From positions 736,001 through 800,000 of the forward strand of contig OY969585.1 of NCBI GenBank assembly GCA_963701295.1: 64,000 bases of DNA, in the 5' to 3' direction. Each line of letters begins with the position of its first letter. Within the stretch, counting starts at the first letter, position 1. Positions 40,535-49,188 of the stretch are shown one piece after another. The notes below the pieces were generated by a model that was not told the DNA's origin, did not search any database, and saw only the letters and a program-made list of their open reading frames with translations. The DNA comes from Ignavibacteriota bacterium. GTDB taxonomy: Bacteria > Bacteroidota > Ignavibacteria > UBA10030. A program made the translations under genes and the position numbers.

Positions 40535-41673
40535 TAAATGTCATACGCTTGGATGGAATGAGTATGAACAAACAGCGATTGAACTTCTTCTTTATTATTT
40601 TTAGTACGTGGATTATCTTCGGCCTTTTTTTAGCCCTGGACATGTATCTTTTTTATCCGTTTCCACGGCAATCGTTTAATCTTTACAATGAACTTAGCTG
40701 GGAACTAACATTATCGTTGATATGGGCGTTTTCGACACCCATCGTTATCGCAATTTCAAGACGATTTCCCATTGAACGCAAAACATGGATCCGACGTGTC
40801 AGTTTGCATCTTATCGTTAGCTTTACGCTAAGCTTTTTTCAGTGTTTAGCGCATGGGTTAATAAGAATAGTAATTCTCCACCCGGCTTTCAGTGAGAACA
40901 CATCTATTTTACGCCAATCGCTCTTTTACAACATCGATAAAATGATGATGGTATATTTCATAATTCTTTTTGTGGATCACGGAGTTTCGTATTCCCGCAA
41001 ACTAAAAGAGAATGAAGTTCGCGCATCAAAACTTGAAGCACAACTGATGCAGGCACAACTCCAGGCATTGAAAATGCAACTCCACCCTCACTTTCTTTTC
41101 AACACGCTGAACGCGGTGACAACCTTGCTCCACAAAGATCCGATGGCTGCAGAGCGTATGATTGTCCGTTTGGGTGACTTGTTGCGTTTTACATTGGAGA
41201 AAGCCGGAACGCAGCTTGTCCCTTTACAGGAAGAAATCCAATTTCTTAAAAGCTATCTCGAAATTGAACAAATTCGTTTTCACGACAGGATCTCTATTGT
41301 CTTCGATGTTCCACTTGATACTGTCGACTTGCAAGTGCCTATTTTTTTACTCCAACCGTTAGTGGAAAATGCCATCAAACACGGATTTGCGCCATCCTCT
41401 GCCCCGGGGAAGATTGAAATCATTGCACGACGTGAAAATAGCGCTCTCCGATTACTTGTGAAAGACAATGGAGCAGGAATTCGATCCAAAACAGGATCAG
41501 GAGTTCGCGAAGGAGTTGGGATTTCAAATACAAAAGCTCAATTGCGTCAATTGTACAATTCATCTTTTAACTTCGAATTGATAAACAGTGAGAATGGAGG
41601 AACAACTGCAAGTATTAGTATTCCACTGAGACATGCGGAAAAAGAACTTTCAACCGGAGCTTCCTCCCAATGA
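40531..41673 (+). CDS. LytS/YehU-family sensor histidine kinase
   Basis: Membrane N-domain; ALKMQLHPHFLFNTLN, YLEIEQIRF, LQPLVENAIKHG, DNGAG. Confidence 0.95.
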   Translation: MINVIRLDGMSMNKQRLNFFFIIFSTWIIFGLFLALDMYLFYPFPRQSFNLYNELSWELTLSLIWAFSTPIVIAISRRFPIERKTWIRRVSLHLIVSFTLSFFQCLAHGLIRIVILHPAFSENTSILRQSLFYNIDKMMMVYFIILFVDHGVSYSRKLKENEVRASKLEAQLMQAQLQALKMQLHPHFLFNTLNAVTTLLHKDPMAAERMIVRLGDLLRFTLEKAGTQLVPLQEEIQFLKSYLEIEQIRFHDRISIVFDVPLDTVDLQVPIFLLQPLVENAIKHGFAPSSAPGKIEIIARRENSALRLLVKDNGAGIRSKTGSGVREGVGISNTKAQLRQLYNSSFNFELINSENGGTTASISIPLRHAEKELSTGASSQ

Positions 41674-42437
41674 AAATCAGAGCGATGATCGTCGATGACG
41701 AACCTCTTGCGCGAGAGAGAATTAGGCAATTGTTGAATGATGAGCGCGGTATTACTGTTGTAGCTGAGTGTTGCAACGGCTTAGAGGCAATTGCACTACT
41801 TGAAAGACGTCGAGTTGACTTAATGTTTTTAGATATACAAATGCCTGAGCTGGATGGATTCGGAGTCCTGGAGGCACTTGATCTCCACAATATGCCTGCT
41901 GTGATTTTTGTGACGGCGTACGATAAATTTGCCCTTAGAGCATTCGAGGTACATGCTCTTGATTACCTTTTGAAACCGATTGACCGCTCTCGGTTTGCAC
42001 AATCGCTTGTACGAGCACGCAAGGAAATTCTTCATCCTAGTGAAATGAAAATGAATAAACATCTCCTTGCGCTTTTAGACGATCTGCGAGCAGAGCAACG
42101 ATTTCTCGAACGGCTTGTAATTAAAACTAGAAAAAGAGTGTTCTTTGTTCTGGTTTCGGAAATAGACTATGTGATAACTCAAGGAAATTACTTAAAAATC
42201 AACGTTCACGGTAAATCCCATTTGTTACGTGGTACGATGAGTCGTCTTGAAAGCAAACTTGACCCGAAACAATTTATTCGGATTCACCGTTCGACACTCG
42301 TTAATATAGGTCAATTACTGGAATTGCAGCCATACCGTAAAGATGAAGTCCTTGCGATCATGAAGGACGGAAAGAGTATTCCGGTAAGTCGTAGATATCA
42401 CCAACAAATTTTATCGCTGATTAGTGATCTTTCCTGA
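41670..42437 (+). CDS. LytTR-family response regulator
   Basis: VDDEPLAR, FLDIQMPELDGF, VTAYD, DYLLKP, FIRIHRSTLVN, VSRRY. Confidence 0.96.
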   Translation: MKIRAMIVDDEPLARERIRQLLNDERGITVVAECCNGLEAIALLERRRVDLMFLDIQMPELDGFGVLEALDLHNMPAVIFVTAYDKFALRAFEVHALDYLLKPIDRSRFAQSLVRARKEILHPSEMKMNKHLLALLDDLRAEQRFLERLVIKTRKRVFFVLVSEIDYVITQGNYLKINVHGKSHLLRGTMSRLESKLDPKQFIRIHRSTLVNIGQLLELQPYRKDEVLAIMKDGKSIPVSRRYHQQILSLISDLS

Positions 42438-42508
42438 TTATTCTTCCCTTTGTTGTCGTAACTTCCTGCGCTTAAACATTTTAATTATTTCATCCATACT
42501 AGAACCTG

Positions 42509-42540
42509 CCGTTCATCACTAAAAGGGCACCGTTCATCAC
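42509..42540 (+). promoter_or_regulatory. Candidate LytTR direct-repeat binding site
   Basis: CCGTTCATCAC at 42509 and 42530 (21-bp period) between the regulator and the T9SS cargo genes. Confidence 0.75.
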
Positions 42541-42620
42541 AGAAGTATTTCATCAGAAGGTGAATATTGTATTTTATGAAAGGTGTTAAACTATGTATCA
42601 AAAACAACATGGAGAATTTA

Positions 42621-44039
42621 ATGAAAAAGACATCTGTGGTTTACCTTTTGTTGGTAGTAATAATCCTCTCTTCGTTTACATTTGCAAATATTCGGAATGT
42701 TCCTGGTGATTATCTGAAAATTCAATCCGCAATCAATGCTTCATCGAATGGTGATACTGTTGCCGTGTATCCGGGGACGTATTATGAGAACGTGATTTTA
42801 CGTGGAAAGAAGATCGTTTTAACCAGTCGCTTTTACGAAACGGGCGATGTTCATTTTATTCCATCAACAATCATCAACGGAAGTCAACCAGTAAATGTGG
42901 ATACCGCCAGTTGTGTACTTGTCATTAACGGCGAAGATTCTACCGCGGTACTTCAAGGGTTCACCTTGACAGGCGGTCAAGGGACGGTCTGGCGTGATCG
43001 ACATATTGGCGGCAATTATCGGGAAGGGGGAGGAATATTAATTGATGGAGCATCTCCAACCATTCGCTATAATAGAATTATCAGCAATCAAGCTATGAAC
43101 AAGAGTGGTGTCAGTAGTGCAGGAGGTGGAGCAATTCGAGCTGATGGAGGGACGCCGCGAATTCTCAATAATGTCATCGCATATAACACAGGACATTACG
43201 GTGCTGGGATTGTTTTCAATTTCTGCGGAGGTATTGTTCGAAATAATATTATCTATAAAAATACTGGCGGTTCGGATTTCGGAGGTTCAGGTGTATGGGC
43301 TTATTCGAATGGTCCCTCTCCGATCATACTTGAGAATAATACCATTGTTGGGAATCAGTCATCAACGTATGGTGGAGGACTTCTCGTTTGGTCTACCTCG
43401 ATGACAGTGCGGAATACAATTCTCTGGGGCAATACTTCTTCAACCGATCCACAAATACATTTGATTGGTGGAACTGTCAATGTAAGTTATTGTGATGTTC
43501 AAGGTGGATATGCAGGTAAAGTGGTAATCAATCAAGATCCATTATTTGCCGATACTACTAGTTTTATTCTGAATGATACTTCGCCTTGTATCGACGCAGG
43601 AGATAGCAGTGTATTTTATAATGATCCGGAAAACGTCTCGAACCAAGGAATAGCACTTCCTCCTTCAAAAGGTGCTGTTCGTAATGATATGGGTGCCTAT
43701 GGCGGACCAGAAGCGGCATTGTTTCCGGATTTTAGTTTACCAACAGGAGTTGGTTCACATAGGAATTATATTCCGACTGCTTTTTCTCTTCAACAAAACT
43801 ATCCTAATCCGTTTAATCCTTCAACAATAATTCAATTTGCACTTCAAAAAAGAGAATTCGTTCGATTGAGAATCATGAGTATTACAGGTCAAGAAATTGA
43901 AACACTTGTAAATAGTGAAATAGAGGCGGGATCCCATAGTGTGGTCTGGAACGCTTCAGCATATTCCAGTGGCATATACTTTTATCAAGTAGAAACACGA
44001 AACTATCATGAAACAAAGAAGATGATTTTACTGCGTTAG
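42621..44039 (+). CDS. Right-handed beta-helix (pectin-lyase-like fold) protein with T9SS C-terminal domain
   Basis: VPGDYLKIQSAIN...PGTYYE, repeated GGGI/N-ladder units, SPCIDAG, DMGAYGG, QNYPNPFNPST...TKKMILLR. Confidence 0.88.
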   Translation: MKKTSVVYLLLVVIILSSFTFANIRNVPGDYLKIQSAINASSNGDTVAVYPGTYYENVILRGKKIVLTSRFYETGDVHFIPSTIINGSQPVNVDTASCVLVINGEDSTAVLQGFTLTGGQGTVWRDRHIGGNYREGGGILIDGASPTIRYNRIISNQAMNKSGVSSAGGGAIRADGGTPRILNNVIAYNTGHYGAGIVFNFCGGIVRNNIIYKNTGGSDFGGSGVWAYSNGPSPIILENNTIVGNQSSTYGGGLLVWSTSMTVRNTILWGNTSSTDPQIHLIGGTVNVSYCDVQGGYAGKVVINQDPLFADTTSFILNDTSPCIDAGDSSVFYNDPENVSNQGIALPPSKGAVRNDMGAYGGPEAALFPDFSLPTGVGSHRNYIPTAFSLQQNYPNPFNPSTIIQFALQKREFVRLRIMSITGQEIETLVNSEIEAGSHSVVWNASAYSSGIYFYQVETRNYHETKKMILLR

Positions 44040-44166
44040 CGGTGCGAGGAACCATTATCAGTAATTTCGATTGCAAAGGAATTAAATTTTCGGGAATAGA
44101 TGCATAAGAGAATCAAACATTTCAAATGATGTATTAGCAATCAAAACAACTAAAATGGAGATTGAT

Positions 44167-45165
44167 ATGAAATATTTACGGTGTCAGGTTTTTATGTTTT
44201 TCTTTTACATTATTTTCACAGGAATAGGAAGATGCGAAATAGGTTCTAATTCTGATTCGCTTAAATATCTGGGACACGCAAGCATAAAAATTAAAACCTC
44301 GGAAGGGAAAGTAATCTATATTGACCCATATGCAGGTACTGACTACGCCGACTCAGCAGATATCGTTCTCATCACGCATGAACATAGCGATCACAATGTG
44401 CTCACTCTCGTGAGACAAAAGGTAACTTGCCAAGTTATTCGCAGCGCGGATGCAATGAAAATCGGTGTCTACCAAAGCTTTACAATTGGAACCATCAAGA
44501 TTACAGCTGTCGCAGCGTACAATAATCAACCACGTAATCTCTCTTATCATTTGAAAAGTCAATGTGTTGGATATGTTCTTGAGTTCGATGGCATCAAACT
44601 TTATCACGCTGGCGACACTGGAAACATTCCAGAGATGGCAGATCTTGCCAGTCAGAATATTACTTATGCTCTTTTGCCAATGGATAGCATCTATACAATG
44701 TCACCAGCAGAAGCAACACAAGCTGCAACAATGATCCAAGCAAAACACGATATTCCGATTCACACAATGCCTCTACCAGATACATATAGCGATGCTATGG
44801 TGTCACGATTTACTTCGCCTCATAAATTGGTTGTTCACCCCGGTGAGATTATTGCGTTGAACGCAAACACAACCTCTGTTAAAGGGACTTCCGCAATTCC
44901 ACTCATGCACATTCTCAAACAGAATTATCCTAATCCATTTAATCCAGGTACACAATTTGAATTCACTCTTATTACATCTTCTTTTGTATCGTTGACAGTA
45001 TTTGATATATTAGGGAAAAAGGTCGCAACATTGATTTCAGAGAAAATGTCAGCAGGAGACCATTCATTATACTGGAATGCGAGTAGTATCCCAAGCGGCA
45101 TGTATTTTTACCGATTGGAGGTGGGGAATAATGTTGAAACAAAAAAGTTGGTCATGATCAAATGA
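44167..45165 (+). CDS. MBL-fold metallohydrolase with T9SS C-terminal domain
   Basis: LGHAS, IDP, ITHEHSDH, YHAGDT, IPIH; QNYPNPFNP...TKKLVMIK. Confidence 0.92.
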   Translation: MKYLRCQVFMFFFYIIFTGIGRCEIGSNSDSLKYLGHASIKIKTSEGKVIYIDPYAGTDYADSADIVLITHEHSDHNVLTLVRQKVTCQVIRSADAMKIGVYQSFTIGTIKITAVAAYNNQPRNLSYHLKSQCVGYVLEFDGIKLYHAGDTGNIPEMADLASQNITYALLPMDSIYTMSPAEATQAATMIQAKHDIPIHTMPLPDTYSDAMVSRFTSPHKLVVHPGEIIALNANTTSVKGTSAIPLMHILKQNYPNPFNPGTQFEFTLITSSFVSLTVFDILGKKVATLISEKMSAGDHSLYWNASSIPSGMYFYRLEVGNNVETKKLVMIK

Positions 45166-45274
45166 ATTTAGATAATCAAATGTTCATGAGGAGACATTTA
45201 TAAAAATTTAATAAAGAGAGCAAAAAGGACATTGTATGGCACTTAGGTGTTACTGGTCTTGATTAGTATATAGT

Positions 45275-45901
45275 CTAATCCAGATACTCTTCTTTCACCA
45301 GTCCGCGCTCCTTAGCGTAATCGTAGAGCTTCTCTTCCAACATCTTTCTGCCTCGATGAAGCCGTGAGCGAACAGTTCCGATAGGACAATTGAGAAATTC
45401 AGAAATTTCGTCATACATCAATCCTTCAATATCACATAAGATAACTACAGTGCGAAAATCTTCCGGCAGCGATTGTAGCGCTTCTGTCACTTCATCGCTC
45501 AGCATATTGCTGTACATTCTCTTTTGAAGGTCATTGGAATCTGTGCTGTCATCGCGGATTAAATCATAAAAATTTTCAACGTCGTCATAATCCACCATTC
45601 CCGGCTCACGCGTTTCTTTCCGATACCGGTTGATGTAAGTATTTTTCATAATGCGGAAAAGCCATGCGCGGATGTTGGTTCCTTTCTCGTACTTATCCCA
45701 GAAGCGGAACGCTTTCATGAAGGTTTCTTGCAGCAAATCATGCGCATCATCCTTGTCGCCCGTAGTACGTAATGCAAAATTAAATAAAATATCCTTGTGT
45801 GGAAATGCCTCCGTTTCAAATTCTTTCTGTCGTTTGAGCAATGCTTTAGAGACAGCCGGTACAGACAAGTGGTTTGGAAGTTTGCGAGCCATGCCATTCA
45901 C
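45275..45901 (-). CDS. ECF sigma factor (SigH/SigR-like)
   Basis: DAHDLLQETFMKAFRF...GTNIRAWLFRIMKN; LPEDFR...CPIGTVRSRLHRGR. Confidence 0.95.
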   Translation of the reverse strand: MNGMARKLPNHLSVPAVSKALLKRQKEFETEAFPHKDILFNFALRTTGDKDDAHDLLQETFMKAFRFWDKYEKGTNIRAWLFRIMKNTYINRYRKETREPGMVDYDDVENFYDLIRDDSTDSNDLQKRMYSNMLSDEVTEALQSLPEDFRTVVILCDIEGLMYDEISEFLNCPIGTVRSRLHRGRKMLEEKLYDYAKERGLVKEEYLD

Positions 45902-47094
45902 ATTCGCTTCAAGAGTAACCCTACTTTGTCCATTGAGAGTGGATAGTCCATTTTAATGAGATCAGCATCTAACTTAGCACCGTTGGCATTGACTTCCTTC
46001 TCCAGTGCCGTGAATGCATTGAGATCGCCGATTTCCACGATCGCCGCATAATTAATTGTTTGACCTGTCGTAGTATTCATGCGTATGTCAAAGTTAATTC
46101 CAATATCGACTCTGGTAGAAACGATCTGATCTGATATTTTAAGTACCGCATTTCGAATGATATAGTCGTACCCTAATTTCAAATTGAATGGAATTTGCTC
46201 GTACATAGCAACATCTACTTTACTGATTTCTCCCGTGGCAATCGCATACAAGGTTACCAACAAACCGATACAATTGAGCTTGCGAATATAAAATTTATTG
46301 GGATCCCCGCGCCATCCGCCAGATTCTATCAGCACTGTGCTTGTTCCCCACTTCTGAATGTTGTCACCAAACGCGGTTGGAGAGAATGTATCGTCCCACT
46401 TCGCAAGATATTCAGGAATAAAAAGATTCAATACCTGAGCAACGGTCGAAGCGACTCTCTTTGCCCGCAGCCGTACCGGATTGTCTCCGCGCGATTCATC
46501 TGCAGCCGGAGCAAGCAATGCAATGGCAGTAATTTTCCGTGTTGTCCCAACCGTATACCTTGGTTCCTGATCATGAAGATTGAATCCATATTCCGGTTGA
46601 TATTTATCGCGTGTATTTTTTAGAATCTTTGCTTCCGGTGTTGCCAATGCCAATGCATCGCGATTCATGTCTATCATCTGAGCAGTGCGGCGGATAAAAC
46701 GGTCGGCCCCATCCGGATTGAGCATCGGAATCACCAATAGTGTGAGTTTCTCGCGGATGGTTTTTGTTGCGATGTGTTCCGGATTCTTTGCAAAGAAACT
46801 GAAGATGTCTATGAGCGCCATCGTTGCCGTTGGTTCATCGCCATGCATTTGAGACCAAAGCATTACTTTTGCAGAACCATCTCCTACGCTATAGAGGGCA
46901 ATTTCTTTTCCTTCGGCAGATGTGCCCAATACAGATTTTCTAAAGAGATGCTGATTTTTAAATGGATGCAGCCATTGCAGCATTTCTACCTGTGTGAAGC
47001 GGCTGGACACAATATTGCTTGCTTTAAAGAAGTCGTACGAATCGAATAATTCGCACGCAAGGCTTTGTATTGTTGACTGAAAAAATGTTGTCAT
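45898..47094 (-). CDS. M14 zinc carboxypeptidase family protein
   Basis: WSQMHGDEP, MLNPDG, DMNRD, FNLHDQ, LIESG. Confidence 0.92.
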   Translation of the reverse strand: MTTFFQSTIQSLACELFDSYDFFKASNIVSSRFTQVEMLQWLHPFKNQHLFRKSVLGTSAEGKEIALYSVGDGSAKVMLWSQMHGDEPTATMALIDIFSFFAKNPEHIATKTIREKLTLLVIPMLNPDGADRFIRRTAQMIDMNRDALALATPEAKILKNTRDKYQPEYGFNLHDQEPRYTVGTTRKITAIALLAPAADESRGDNPVRLRAKRVASTVAQVLNLFIPEYLAKWDDTFSPTAFGDNIQKWGTSTVLIESGGWRGDPNKFYIRKLNCIGLLVTLYAIATGEISKVDVAMYEQIPFNLKLGYDYIIRNAVLKISDQIVSTRVDIGINFDIRMNTTTGQTINYAAIVEIGDLNAFTALEKEVNANGAKLDADLIKMDYPLSMDKVGLLLKRM

Positions 47095-47358
47095 TTCGGG
47101 AACTATTTTCCGAGAGATAGTTTATTTTAAAGTTTCTCTATCAATAAGATAGTGCATTCTTTCGTTCTTTGCACGGATTATTTTACTCCTACCCTCGTAG
47201 GCGGTCCATTCCATCATAGATTTGCCGAGAGACGTCTTTTAAATTGTGGGGTTAATAAGATTTTGAGAAGATAAGTAGTGAAACCCCTGCACCGTTAAGT
47301 GGAACGGCTTATTAAAAAATATTTTCAAACAATAAATACTTTGCTGGCGGACTAATTA

Positions 47359-48279
47359 TCAAAACGTCATCGACAATGTTGCACCTGTTCCTATCGGTGT
47401 GATGTTGGGAAGAATATGTACTTTCAATCGACCATCACCCGATTCCATTACCGGCACTCCTTCTGGATGCGCAGCGAGCATACCAAAGTAATACCCGATA
47501 GACAACCCAAGTGGATAATCGCTCACCCAGTGAATACCATTGCTTAGCATTCCAAGTCCGACAAGTGTTGTAAATATGTACCCTGCAGGGCGAATCCATT
47601 TTACATCGGGATAGTTTTCAGCGATCACGATTACTGTTGCTATGGAAGTACAAATATGTCCGGAGGGATATGCATCGAAGCATGGAACATGCCGATGATA
47701 ATCGATTTGGTTAGGAAGTATCTTCCATACACCGGTTGGTGTTGAGCGCACAAATGGACTTTCACGACCGGTGACATGTTTGAGTAGTTGAACAACTGCA
47801 CCAGAGGCGAGTACAGCTTGTACGATTTGGCTTCCAGTTTGCAACGATTTTTGATCTTTGAACATAAGACCGTACGCACCCATCGCTCCAGCAAGCGCAA
47901 ATTGTGTGGTACCATCACCGATGTTTGCACAGAAATCGCTCCACTTTTTTGCCTCAGGAGAACTATTGTAAAACCGTGCTGCCGGAGTGTACGTAATGTC
48001 ATCGGTAAAAAATGTTGCAAGTGTCAATCCGCCGATGACAATCCATTCGTTCGCTCGTTCTTTCCGAAAGGAAATATCGTACCATCTGCCCCAGTCACGC
48101 GGGATATTCTCAAACATGGTATACCAACGAAAATCATTTTGATTGACTTCATTTCGCAGCTGAGTCGTATCTGATGCAACCGGCTCTTGTGTGACTTGTG
48201 CTTTAACGATATCAAACGCGAAGATTATAATCACTACTATTATTCCAAGAAGAATGAATTGTTTCACTTTCGTCCTCAA
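47359..48279 (-). CDS. PAP2-family phosphatase-like protein (divergent motifs)
   Basis: KHVTGRESP, AYPSGH, HWVSD; signal peptide. Confidence 0.85.
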   Translation of the reverse strand: MRTKVKQFILLGIIVVIIIFAFDIVKAQVTQEPVASDTTQLRNEVNQNDFRWYTMFENIPRDWGRWYDISFRKERANEWIVIGGLTLATFFTDDITYTPAARFYNSSPEAKKWSDFCANIGDGTTQFALAGAMGAYGLMFKDQKSLQTGSQIVQAVLASGAVVQLLKHVTGRESPFVRSTPTGVWKILPNQIDYHRHVPCFDAYPSGHICTSIATVIVIAENYPDVKWIRPAGYIFTTLVGLGMLSNGIHWVSDYPLGLSIGYYFGMLAAHPEGVPVMESGDGRLKVHILPNITPIGTGATLSMTF

Positions 48280-49077
48280 AATTTTACACTAAGAAGAAGA
48301 CCATATTGGTGTTCATCTGCTTGTGGTAAGAGAGAAATACTGCTTGAACCATAATTTAATTTTTCTACTAACCGTGCCCCGTAGTGACCGATGATAGCGC
48401 CAACAAAGCAATCACTTAACCAGTGAGTCCGCTCCATCACTCTGCTGATTGCAACACATGAAGCCAGAGAATAGCACGTATAGGAAACCCACGGCTCTGA
48501 ATAAAAATCAGAAATGGTTGTGGCTGCCGCAAATGCTGTCGTTGTATGCCCGGATGGAAATGAATCGAATGCAGCAAGTCCTCGGTTTCCTCTTTTGTGC
48601 ATATCGAAGTAAGCAAATGGCCCATGCCAGAAACCGCCTGGCCGTGTTGCATCGCTCGGCCGTTCACGTCCGCAGAGATACTTGAAGAGTTGAACAGAAA
48701 TTCCAGTTAAGAGGAATGACTCAAAACCAATCTTTCCGACCTCACACGCTTTTGCATCCGTGAAAATCAATCCATACCCGACAAACCCGCCAAACAATCC
48801 CACGGAAAAAGATCCATCGCCAAGATTCGTAATTATGGGGCTAATTTTTTTCACTGACGGATTGCTCATCTTCCACCTGTAAAGATCGTCGTAGATCTGC
48901 TGATCGGTACTGAAACATCACAGCAGTCATGAGCACTGCACTACCAACGCCGACATAGACCCAGGTTTGAGAAGAGCAAGAAGAATCCGTCCTTAGTTGT
49001 GTTACGGATTGGGCAAAGGTTGATGGTGCGAGATACAGCACAAGTAGAATTGCGATTACGGATATTCTGTCAGGCAA
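48276..49077 (-). CDS. PAP2-family phosphatase, split by a frameshift near 48906
   Basis: ORF 48841..49077 (signal peptide) continues as YDQQIYDDLYRWKMSNP if one C is removed; KYLCGRERP, SFPSGH, SRVMERTHWLSD. Confidence 0.85.
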
Positions 49078-49188
49078 AACGATTTCCTGAATTAATGATC
49101 ACATAGTTGCAGCAGTCGAGGATATCTCTACAACACGCTATGTGTGTATCCAATATGGCAGGAAATGTTCTTCCGGTCAAATACGATT

